Translations under genes and position numbers: made by a program
Notes under the pieces: model-generated
Seen by the model: only the letters and a program-made list of their open reading frames with translations
What the model was told of the DNA's origin: nothing
The model's database searches: none
Part shown: in pieces, positions 17,421 through 25,391 of the stretch
How the letters are laid out: every line of letters starts with the position of its first letter
Position numbering within the stretch: position 1 is the first letter of the stretch
From: a virus
Taxonomy: Duplodnaviria > Caudoviricetes
Strand: one strand, 5' to 3'
Length of the DNA: 42,799 bases
Virus record (IMG/VR): IMGVR_UViG_3300048575_000415
Location: 1-42,799 of that record

Positions 17421-19020
17421 ACCGGGGACCGTCGATCGGAAAGCCCTGACGGCCGACGCGCTGGAGCGCCTGGCCGAATGCCGCCTGCAGAAGACGGCGT
17501 TCGACCTCGACATCCGCGAAGCCTATTTCTTCATCGCGCCGAAGCGCGACCGCGAGATCTCCTCGTCGCTGACGCCGGGCAGGATCCGGCCGACCGACGC
17601 CGGCACGTTGCAGATCTCCATCGGCATGGAGGAAGCCGAGAACTTCGCCACCACCTTGATCACGTCGTTCATGCCCGAGGGCGTCGAGTGGGTCGACCTG
17701 GCGCCGGCGTCGTCGGTCCCCGAGGTGATGAAGGATCAGGTGGCGACGAAGATCGCGGCGCAAAAGGCGGCGACGTTCAAGCTGATCGGCGAATCCAACT
17801 TCCGCTCTGAACTGGCCTCGGCGCTGAACCCGAACGCCGCCATCGGCACCTTCGCGCTTTGGATCGACCAGACGACGCGGCTCGACGTGCCGCCGTCGGT
17901 GCGCGCCGTGCCGCTGAACGAGCTTGAGATCGACATCGGCCCCGACGGCGGCATCGATAACCGCTTCGTCGTGCGCCACACCTCCTATGCGAAGCTCCGC
18001 GCCGTGCTCGGCCGCACCATCAAGCTGCCGCCGTCGATCGAGGCGAAGCGCAAGCGCGAGCCGAGGGCCAAAGTCGAGGTGCGCTGGGGCTTCTGGCGGC
18101 TGTGGGACGAGGATGATGTCGTCTGGCAGCAGGTCATCCTGGTCGGCGAGACGCTGGTGCACGCCGAACGCCTGGTCGGACGCGGCGCCTGCCCGCTGAT
18201 CCCGATCACCTTCAACCGCGACTGCGCCTATGCCTACGGCGACGGCCCGGCGATCAAGGCGCTGCCGGAGCTGCGCATCCTCGACGACCTCGCCGCCGGC
18301 CTGGTCGAGAATGTCGACACGACACTCCGGCCGCCGATGACGTTCCCCGATGACAGCTTCGCCGGCATCGAGAACGGCGTTGAGAACGGCGCCTTCTATG
18401 CGGTGCGCCCCGGCACGGCCAACGACGTCAAGCCGATGTACGAGCCGGGCCGGCTCGACGCCGCCTATTTCGAGCAGACCGCGCGCGAGCACCGCGTGAA
18501 GCGGATGTTCTACAACGACTTCCCGCAGCAGCGCGGCGATACCCCGCCGACGGCGACGCAGTGGGTCGACGAGATGGCGATGGCGCAGCGCCGCATCGGC
18601 ACGCCCGGCGAACGGTTCTGGGCCGATGGCCCGGCCGAGATCTTCCTGCGCTTCTACTGGCTGGCCGAGCGGCGCGGCACGGTCTCGCCGATCATGAACG
18701 GCGAGAAGCTGATCAGCGTCGTTCCGAACAACCCGACGCGGCGGGCGCAGAACCAGCAGATGGTCGCCATGGCCTCGCGCGGCGCGCAGCTCGCCAGTGC
18801 GTTCTTCCCGGAGGAGTTCAAGGCCAAGGTCGACGGCGCCAAGGCGATCGACAACATCTTCCGCCTGCTCGACGTCGCCGACGTGTTCCCGGCGCGCGAG
18901 GCGGCGCAGGTCAGCCAGGCGGTGAACCTCATTCAGCAGCTCCAGGGCGGCGGCGGAGCACAGGGCCTGCCTGCCGGCGCGCCGGGTGCCGCGCCCGCAC
19001 CCATGGCGATAGGAGCGTGA
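17410..19020 (+). CDS. Portal / head-tail connector protein
   Basis: 536 aa. YGDGPAIKALPELRIL and TPPTATQW motifs resemble T7-like/Bbp21 connectors; position after TerL. Confidence 0.88.
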   Translation: MATEPGTVDRKALTADALERLAECRLQKTAFDLDIREAYFFIAPKRDREISSSLTPGRIRPTDAGTLQISIGMEEAENFATTLITSFMPEGVEWVDLAPASSVPEVMKDQVATKIAAQKAATFKLIGESNFRSELASALNPNAAIGTFALWIDQTTRLDVPPSVRAVPLNELEIDIGPDGGIDNRFVVRHTSYAKLRAVLGRTIKLPPSIEAKRKREPRAKVEVRWGFWRLWDEDDVVWQQVILVGETLVHAERLVGRGACPLIPITFNRDCAYAYGDGPAIKALPELRILDDLAAGLVENVDTTLRPPMTFPDDSFAGIENGVENGAFYAVRPGTANDVKPMYEPGRLDAAYFEQTAREHRVKRMFYNDFPQQRGDTPPTATQWVDEMAMAQRRIGTPGERFWADGPAEIFLRFYWLAERRGTVSPIMNGEKLISVVPNNPTRRAQNQQMVAMASRGAQLASAFFPEEFKAKVDGAKAIDNIFRLLDVADVFPAREAAQVSQAVNLIQQLQGGGGAQGLPAGAPGAAPAPMAIGA

Positions 19021-19024
19021 CCCC

Positions 19025-19330
19025 ATGGCGTACGTCACCAAGGAACAGATGGCCGCCGCCTGGGGCCGGCTCGGCAACACGCTCGACGGCCGGCTCGCCC
19101 GCGCGCATCTGCTCTCGCTCCTCATGGACGGCATCGCCTGCGGCCAGAATCCCGGTGCAGTGCATGAGGGTGTTGGCCGCCTTAGCCTCGCCCGCGAACT
19201 CATCAACTTGATGGACGCAGAGTGCGAGAATGCTGGTAACGCAGACGCCGTCTTCATCGTCCGCCCCGACGTCGCCAGTCCCGGCGTCCGCGGATCCCGC
19301 CGCCGTGTCGGCGAACGCATCGACGAGTGA
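19025..19330 (+). CDS. Hypothetical protein (Bbp19-like position)
   Basis: 101 aa between portal and scaffold; HEGVGRLSLARELI segment; AGGAG RBS. Confidence 0.6.
   Translation: MAYVTKEQMAAAWGRLGNTLDGRLARAHLLSLLMDGIACGQNPGAVHEGVGRLSLARELINLMDAECENAGNADAVFIVRPDVASPGVRGSRRRVGERIDE
19153..19188 (+). promoter_or_regulatory. Putative late promoter (CGGTGCAGTG-N20-TAGCCT)
   Basis: Recurring motif upstream of the scaffold and capsid genes. Confidence 0.55.
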
Positions 19331-20018
19331 GACGGGTGAAGGTAGCGGCGGGGCGCCGTCCGAGACCGGCGGCTCCGGCGACGCGCCGCAGACGCCCGCC
19401 CGACCTGGCTACGTCCCAGAGGCGTTCTGGGATGCCGAGGCGGGCAGCGTCCGGGAGACCGAGTTCGGCCAGCACCTCACCGACCTCGCTGCGCTGAAGG
19501 ACGCCGCCGACGCCCGCGCCGCTGCCATCCCCGCCGAGGCGACCGGCTACAAGCTCGAGCTGCCCGAGACGGTGAAGCTCCCCGAGGGCGCCGCGCTGAA
19601 CCTCGAAGATCCGCTGTTCGTCGCCGCGCAGTCGAAGGCGCACGAGTTGGGCCTGACGCAAGCCGAGTTCTCCAAGCTCGCCGGCCTCGTCGTGCAGGGT
19701 CAGATCCAGGAGCGCCAGCAGCTCGCCGACTTCAGGAAGACCGAGCGCGCGAAGTTGGGCTCCAATTCGGTGGCCCGCGTCGAGGCCGTCGAGACCGCGC
19801 TGAAGGGGCGCTTCGGCGACGACGCCCAGCACCTTATTCCCCTCCTCGTCTCCTCGCGCCAGGTCGTGCTGATGGAAAAGCTCCTGTCGTCCGGCACGGC
19901 GGCGCCCTTCACCCACGAAGGCCGCGAGGCCGAAGATCCCACCTCCATTCCCGGCTTCGCCACGATGACGTTCCAGCAGCGCATGGCCGCGCTGGACGCC
20001 CGCAACGCCGCCCGCTGA
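19230..20018 (+). CDS. Capsid scaffolding/assembly protein
   Basis: Low-complexity N-terminus, RPGYVPEAFWD, Y-x-L-x-L-P and AHELGLTQAEF motifs. Directly upstream of the capsid gene. Confidence 0.75.
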   Translation: MLVTQTPSSSSAPTSPVPASADPAAVSANASTSETGEGSGGAPSETGGSGDAPQTPARPGYVPEAFWDAEAGSVRETEFGQHLTDLAALKDAADARAAAIPAEATGYKLELPETVKLPEGAALNLEDPLFVAAQSKAHELGLTQAEFSKLAGLVVQGQIQERQQLADFRKTERAKLGSNSVARVEAVETALKGRFGDDAQHLIPLLVSSRQVVLMEKLLSSGTAAPFTHEGREAEDPTSIPGFATMTFQQRMAALDARNAAR

Positions 20019-20035
20019 CCTGAGGACCTGACCAC

Positions 20036-21016
20036 ATGGCTATCACCCCGATCACCCCCTCGGTCACCGTGCCGATCACCATGGGCGAATATGCGAAGAC
20101 GCTGCCGGAGACGTCGGCCGAGCGCACCTTCGTCGAGAACATGGTCAAGACGTCCGACGTGCTCGCTGCCTTCCCGATGCTCCCGGCCAACAACGGCAAG
20201 AAGGAGTTCCAGGAGATCGCGTCGCTGCCGTCGGTCGGCTTCCGCAACTTCAACGCCAACGGCAACGAGTCGACCGGTAGCTTCAGCCTGCGCGAGGAAG
20301 ACACCTTCCCGATCGACGAGTATGTGAAGGTCGACCGCGCCATGGTCGACCGGCTCGGCAACACGCACCGCTACAAACAGCAGGAGCTGAAGACCATCGC
20401 CCTGGCGCAGATGGCCTCGCAGGTCATCATCAAGGGCGACAACACGGCGTCGGGCGCCAAGCAGCCGGCCGGCCTGCAGTCGCGGTGCAACTCGCTCAAC
20501 ACCAACCTGATCCACAACTCCGTCGCCGCCGGCGGTGCCGCGCTGTCGCTCGGCAACCTCGACATCCTCTACTGGCTGGTCAACAAGCCGACGCACTGGA
20601 TCTTCCCGCGCGGCCTGATGCCGTTCCTCGACATCGCCGCGCGCAACCCGAACCTCACCGGCCAGTCGCTGGTCTACGACAACGGCGTCAACGAGTTCGG
20701 CCGCCGAGTCATGCGCTACAAGGGCCTGCCCATCCTCTACGGCTACGATCCGGACGACACGGCCGATCTCTTGCCGTTCTCCGAGGTCGGTACCGGCGGC
20801 GGCGCGGCGGTCACCGGCTCGATCTATTGCGTCGCGTTCGGTGACGGCAAGCTCTACGGCATCGAGCAGACGGCGCTGGCGGTGGAGGACGAGGGCCTGA
20901 TCAAGGGCACGCCGTTCCTCTCCACCCACATCAAATGGGACTGGGGCATCGCCCGCGAGCACCCGCGCTCGGCCGCCCGCCTCACCTCCATCACCGCCCA
21001 GACCATCGTCGCCTGA
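20036..21016 (+). CDS. Major capsid protein
   Basis: 326 aa with strongly biased codon usage. LPSVGFRNFN, VDRAMVD and IKWDWGIA...AARL resemble Bbp17-like capsid proteins; GAGGA RBS. Confidence 0.85.
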   Translation: MAITPITPSVTVPITMGEYAKTLPETSAERTFVENMVKTSDVLAAFPMLPANNGKKEFQEIASLPSVGFRNFNANGNESTGSFSLREEDTFPIDEYVKVDRAMVDRLGNTHRYKQQELKTIALAQMASQVIIKGDNTASGAKQPAGLQSRCNSLNTNLIHNSVAAGGAALSLGNLDILYWLVNKPTHWIFPRGLMPFLDIAARNPNLTGQSLVYDNGVNEFGRRVMRYKGLPILYGYDPDDTADLLPFSEVGTGGGAAVTGSIYCVAFGDGKLYGIEQTALAVEDEGLIKGTPFLSTHIKWDWGIAREHPRSAARLTSITAQTIVA

Positions 21017-21072
21017 TCGGCCGCGCCGGCACGCAACGCCGGCGCGCCATCACGCCCACTCGGAGCTTCATC

Positions 21073-21570
21073 ATGCCGCTGACCAACAACGCCCTGCCGA
21101 GCGTCCTGCCGACGCGTCCGGTGCCGTTCGACGTCGCCACCGCCTTCGCCAACGGCCAGACGTTGACCGCCACCGGCTTCGTCAACGCCATCCAGACGCA
21201 GATCGACCTCGGCCCCGGCCGGTTCGAGGGCTACCTGGTGCTCGACGTCTCCGGCCTCGACCTGTCGAGCGGCGACGAGACCTATCAGCTGCAGCTCCTG
21301 GCCTCGAACGACCCGGCCTTCGCCAACGGCAATGTCGAGATGCTCGCCGTCCGTGACTTCGCTGCCGCCGCGGCCGGCCGGCTGGTGCCGACGATCTGTC
21401 CGGCGTCCTATGCCGTGCCGATGCTCGGCAAGGCCGCCACCCGCTTCGAGATCCCGATCACCAACCAGATCGGCCCGTACATCCTGCGCTACGCCCAGCT
21501 CCGCGCTGCGCTCGCCGGCACCACGCCGTCCATCACGCTCGCCGCCTGGATCGCGCCCGAGCTCTGCTGA
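21073..21570 (+). CDS. Minor capsid / cement (decoration) protein
   Basis: 165-aa beta-rich protein after the capsid gene, with IDLG and LRYAQL motifs as in Bbp16-like proteins. Confidence 0.65.
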   Translation: MPLTNNALPSVLPTRPVPFDVATAFANGQTLTATGFVNAIQTQIDLGPGRFEGYLVLDVSGLDLSSGDETYQLQLLASNDPAFANGNVEMLAVRDFAAAAAGRLVPTICPASYAVPMLGKAATRFEIPITNQIGPYILRYAQLRAALAGTTPSITLAAWIAPELC

Positions 21571-21605
21571 CGCCGGCGCGCCGCAGCTGACACCGACACA
21601 CCCGA

Positions 21606-21715
21606 GGACCGACCATGTTCAAGACCATCTACCACGTCACCAACGGCCCCACCGTCATGTACGAGATCGACGCCCGGCACGCGCTCGCGAACTTCCCGGA
21701 GGAGTGGAAGGAGAC
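21606..21715 (+). repeat. Direct repeat copy 1 flanking the Hxs cassette
   Basis: GGACCGACCATGTTC...CATGTACGAGATCGACGCCCGGCACGCG...TTCCCGGAGGAGTGGAAGGAGAC matches 25149-25254. Confidence 0.85.
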
Positions 21716-21782
21716 AGAGCGGGACGTGGACAACACCACCGGTCAAGAGGCGGACTCGCCGTCTCGGCCTAAGTCAAAATAG
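21615..21782 (+). CDS. Small 55-aa phage protein (absent from the ORF track)
   Basis: GAGGA RBS, then MFKTIYHVTNGPTVMYEIDARHALANFPEEWKETERD...SK*. Backbone-like codon usage. A degenerate copy lies at 25158. Confidence 0.7.
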   Translation: MFKTIYHVTNGPTVMYEIDARHALANFPEEWKETERDVDNTTGQEADSPSRPKSK

Positions 21783-21936
21783 CCCCGACACCGCTCACTC
21801 GCGGCTTGCCTGCAATCATCACCGAGCCGCCGTGTCCACCTACGCATTACCACGGCTACGCCTTGAAACAAATTGCAACCCAGCACGTCTCGGGCGTACC
21901 ACACCGGAGTAGTTCAACTAGCGTTTGGGGGATAAG

Positions 21937-22200
21937 GTGGCGAATAGAGCTTTTCTCGGGCCGCTCGCTGTCGTTTTTGCGCTGCTGGACAGCCAGGCCA
22001 ATGCAACCCTTCCGGATGTCGCCGGCGCACCGGTAGAGCCGACAAGCGTGACTGCCGCTTCACCGCGCATCGCTGTTGGTGTGACGCTCGAGAGGTCGGA
22101 GACCTCAGATATCGTGTTGGCGGCTCACTCCAGCCACGCGAGCCACGCGAGCCACGCCAGTCACGCAAGCCATTGTTCCGGATATAGCAACTGCCGGTGA
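21937..22200 (+). CDS. hxsA: His-Xaa-Ser repeat precursor peptide (HxsA-like)
   Basis: GTG start after GGGGATAAG. Signal-peptide-like N-terminus (FLGPLAVVFALL...ANA). C-terminal HSS-HAS-HAS-HAS-HAS-HCS-GYSNCR, with the repeats at 22126-22179. Confidence 0.85.
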   Translation: MANRAFLGPLAVVFALLDSQANATLPDVAGAPVEPTSVTAASPRIAVGVTLERSETSDIVLAAHSSHASHASHASHASHCSGYSNCR

Positions 22201-22212
22201 TGGTGTCCGCAG

Positions 22213-22509
22213 ATGACCTGCGAAGTCCGGTTCGATCTGCGCGTATTTGCGCAGGATGCGATCAAGAAGGCCCTCTATCGCTTCAGCGACAGGATTACCT
22301 ATTCGCTTTCGATAGAGGGCCACGAACTTGCATGCGTGATTTCACTGCGCACCGATGCGCCAGCCGAGTCCGTGCTCGATGTTGTGATTGAGAAGCTTCG
22401 AGTTGAGGTTCTGGATCAGGATCTCCGAGAGCGGCTATTTGAGCAGACGGCGCCCTATCGCAACGCTGTGCTCGCATTGGCTTTCTCTCGGACAGGACTG
22501 CAGGGATGA
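22213..22509 (+). CDS. hxsD: His-Xaa-Ser system protein HxsD
   Basis: AIKKALYRFSD and EVLDQDLRERLFEQTAPYRNAVLALAFS match the HxsD pattern; lies between the precursor and the radical SAM genes. Confidence 0.85.
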   Translation: MTCEVRFDLRVFAQDAIKKALYRFSDRITYSLSIEGHELACVISLRTDAPAESVLDVVIEKLRVEVLDQDLRERLFEQTAPYRNAVLALAFSRTGLQG

Positions 22510-23966
22510 ACACGTTCCTGCCCAGGGAGCGCTTTGCACCGCCAAAGCAGGACTATTCGTTACTCCCATTTCGATTTCACCGACTACGAGATAATGCTGT
22601 CCTCGTTACGAGCCTGGCAGGCGATTATTGTGTCGTCTCCCGCAGCGATTTCGAGTCCTTTACGGGTGGAACGTTGAGCTCGACGACACGCGCCTACGCT
22701 GATCTCGAAGCTCATGGCATTCTACTGAGTGATCCTGACTCGATTCATACTGAGCTCTTGGCCATTCGCCTGAGAACAAAGCTCTCACCGCTTTCTCGCT
22801 TTACCTCACTGCACATGTTTGTCGTTACGCTGCGGTGTAACCATGCTTGCGCGTACTGCCAGGTTTCAAAGCGGGATGAGGCCGCTGGCAAATTTGACAT
22901 GTCGGTCGACACCGCTCGAAGAGCAGTCGATATAGCTCTCTCTTCGCCATCCGCGGACATCAAGATCGAATTCCAGGGTGGCGAGCCGTTGTTGAACTTC
23001 TCTACTGTTGATTTTATCACGCAGTACGCCAAACAAAGCGCTCGACGCCTCGGAAAGAGTGTCACGTTTGTTATGGCAACAAACTTAAGCAGGGCGACCG
23101 AAAGCGTTCTTGACTATTGTCGGCTGAACAATATCCAAATATCCACGTCGCTGGATGGCCCAAAAGACCTTCACAATCTCAATCGACCCATGACCGAGGG
23201 CGACAGCTTTGACAGTGTTGCATCCGGTATAGAGACCGCCCGAAAGGCACTTGGAAAGTATAATGTAAGCGCTTTGATGACGACAACCGAGCACAGTCTT
23301 GGGCGTGTACGAGAGATCATCGATACATATGTCGAGATGGGATTTCCTGGCATTTTCCTGCGCCCGCTCTCTCCATATGGCTTCGCCATAAAGACTAGAG
23401 CCTACCGAAAGTATGACACAAGGCGCTGGCTTGAGTTCTATGATGAGGGTCTTGACTATATTTTAGAGCTAAACAGAAAGGGGCTCGTCTTCAGTGAGTT
23501 CTATAGCAGCATCATCCTAAAGAAGATTTTGACGCCATTTTCCCCCGGATACGTAGACCTGATGAGCCCTTCAGGCATCGGAATATCCGGGGTTATCTAT
23601 AACCACGATGGTGGAGTGTATGCCTCAGATGAAGGTCGAATGCGCGCAGAGATGGGTGACAAGACCTTCTACCTAGGAGACGTCAACTCCAACAGTTATG
23701 CTCAGATCTTCACTTCTGATGCTCTGCTTGATCCGCTTGAACGTTCGTTTTCTGCGTCTGTTCCCATGTGCTCAGACTGCGCCCTCGAGCCGTTCTGTGG
23801 AGCCGAGCCGGTGTATCATCATGCGACACAGGGCGATTTTGTTGGCCTCAAGCCCACATCCGGATTCTGCGAGAGAAATACTCACGTTATCGAGCGCCTG
23901 ATCGGAATTCTTGAAGGGGGCGGAGAAGAGGCCCGCATTCTCCGTCAATGGAGCGTCATGTGTTAG
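22506..23966 (+). CDS. hxsB: His-Xaa-Ser system radical SAM/SPASM maturase HxsB
   Basis: LLPFRF N-terminus, CNHACAYCQVS, IKIEFQGGEPLLNF, STSLDGP, YASDEGRM and CSDCALEPFCGAEPV. Confidence 0.9.
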   Translation: MNTFLPRERFAPPKQDYSLLPFRFHRLRDNAVLVTSLAGDYCVVSRSDFESFTGGTLSSTTRAYADLEAHGILLSDPDSIHTELLAIRLRTKLSPLSRFTSLHMFVVTLRCNHACAYCQVSKRDEAAGKFDMSVDTARRAVDIALSSPSADIKIEFQGGEPLLNFSTVDFITQYAKQSARRLGKSVTFVMATNLSRATESVLDYCRLNNIQISTSLDGPKDLHNLNRPMTEGDSFDSVASGIETARKALGKYNVSALMTTTEHSLGRVREIIDTYVEMGFPGIFLRPLSPYGFAIKTRAYRKYDTRRWLEFYDEGLDYILELNRKGLVFSEFYSSIILKKILTPFSPGYVDLMSPSGIGISGVIYNHDGGVYASDEGRMRAEMGDKTFYLGDVNSNSYAQIFTSDALLDPLERSFSASVPMCSDCALEPFCGAEPVYHHATQGDFVGLKPTSGFCERNTHVIERLIGILEGGGEEARILRQWSVMC

Positions 23967-25114
23967 CTCTGCACGGACTGTGCGAAGTGTTGCAACGGTC
24001 GTCTTTGGACGGAACGCAGGTTTTTCGCCTTTCGGCTGATCGTGAGCGCCCCGGCAAGCACGCCGAGCGCGAGTGCTTTTTGTCGAACGACGGAGCCATA
24101 GCGGACCAGTTTTGCTGCGCCCTGATCAGAGGACCGGATCAGGGCCAGCCCAGGGCTCTCGCTGGTGGTGTCTATCGGTTGCCCGAAGACCTTTGTTACC
24201 TCTGCGACGGAGATATCGTTGCGATCCGCCCTTCGGGGGATATTCACGTATACTACCGTATCAACGCGCCAATTAACTTCTTTCTTATTACAGAGCGATG
24301 CAACAACCACTGCATAATGTGCTCTCAGCCACCAAAGCACATTGACGACAGCTATTTGCTCGTTGAAATCATGGAGGTAATCAGACGGATTCCTTTAGCG
24401 ACTAGAGCCATTGGCTTCACTGGCGGTGAACCGACGCTCTCCGGCCCAGGTTTTGTCGAAGTCCTTAAGGCTGCATCCGAAAATCTCCCGGATACCGAGA
24501 TCCTCGTACTCTCGAATGGGAGGACCTTCGCGGATGAAGAGGTTGTCAGCAGCCTGTCGTTGTTAAATCAGAAAAACATCACGTACTGCGTGCCGGTGCA
24601 CTCGATGTCGGCGGCCACGCATGATTATATTGCGCAGAGACGCGGGGCCTTTTCAGAGACCGTTGCCGGCCTCTTCTCGCTGCAGAAGCTGGGTGCGCGC
24701 ATCGAACTGCGCGTCGTAATTCATAGAGAAAACTATAAACACTTAACTGGAATAGCAGAGTTCATATTCAGAAATCTCACGTTCGTTGATCATATTGCGT
24801 TCATGGGGCTCGAACCCACCGGACTGGCGCGCGACAACATAGAACAGCTTTGGATCGATCCTTGGGAATATAGGGACCAGCTCGCAGACGCTGTACTTCG
24901 TCTTGCGGACTATAGGATGAACGTCTCGATCTTTAATACACCGCTGTGTCTGCTGCACGAGCAGTGCCACCCGTTCGCTCGCCAGTCGATCAGTGATTGG
25001 AAGAATGAGTTCGTTCCTCAATGTGGTGATTGCTCCAAAAGGACATCCTGTGCCGGCTTCTTCACGTCGGCTGACGTCGCGCGCAGCCGGCATATTGCGG
25101 CTCTTACCCTTTAG
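23960..25114 (+). CDS. hxsC: His-Xaa-Ser system radical SAM protein HxsC
   Basis: TERCNNHCIMCSQPP, FTGGEPTL, LSNGR and SISDWKNEF..CGDC....CAGFF. Start 23960 (GTG) or 23948. Confidence 0.9.
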   Translation: MLALHGLCEVLQRSSLDGTQVFRLSADRERPGKHAERECFLSNDGAIADQFCCALIRGPDQGQPRALAGGVYRLPEDLCYLCDGDIVAIRPSGDIHVYYRINAPINFFLITERCNNHCIMCSQPPKHIDDSYLLVEIMEVIRRIPLATRAIGFTGGEPTLSGPGFVEVLKAASENLPDTEILVLSNGRTFADEEVVSSLSLLNQKNITYCVPVHSMSAATHDYIAQRRGAFSETVAGLFSLQKLGARIELRVVIHRENYKHLTGIAEFIFRNLTFVDHIAFMGLEPTGLARDNIEQLWIDPWEYRDQLADAVLRLADYRMNVSIFNTPLCLLHEQCHPFARQSISDWKNEFVPQCGDCSKRTSCAGFFTSADVARSRHIAALTL

Positions 25115-25148
25115 GGCGCCGATGGCTTGCCGGAAGAGTACTTGAGGC

Positions 25149-25282
25149 GGACCGACCATGTTCGAGGCCGCACCCCCACGACTCCACCCGCCGCCATGTG
25201 CGAGATCGAAGCCCAGCACGCGCCGGCGAATTTCCCGGAGGAGTGGAGGGAGACTGAAGAGGCGGGGGTCGGCGCCGCCTAA
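25149..25282 (+). pseudogene. Frameshifted second copy of the 55-aa gene (direct repeat copy 2)
   Basis: First-to-second ATG distance is 38 nt versus 42 nt in the intact copy. The downstream frame reads MCEIEAQHAPANFPEEWRETE versus MYEIDARHALANFPEEWKETE. Confidence 0.75.
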
Positions 25283-25391
25283 GCTTCCCTGTCGACAGCG
25301 GCGGCGAGTCCGCCAGGAGGATGGAAGCCGTCAGCTTCGAAACGTGCTCTTCCCCGACGCCGGCCATCGAGTAACGCAACCTCGGTCGCGC

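Noticed and set aside
21020-21047. GC hairpin after the capsid gene (similar ones near 4522 and 39132) as intrinsic terminators
   Set aside because: Stems are present but there is no U-tract, so they cannot be supported as terminators; they may be RNA stability elements.
22126-22179. 9-bp tandem repeat as a VNTR or CRISPR-like array
   Set aside because: It encodes the HxS peptide repeats with synonymous variation and has no spacers.
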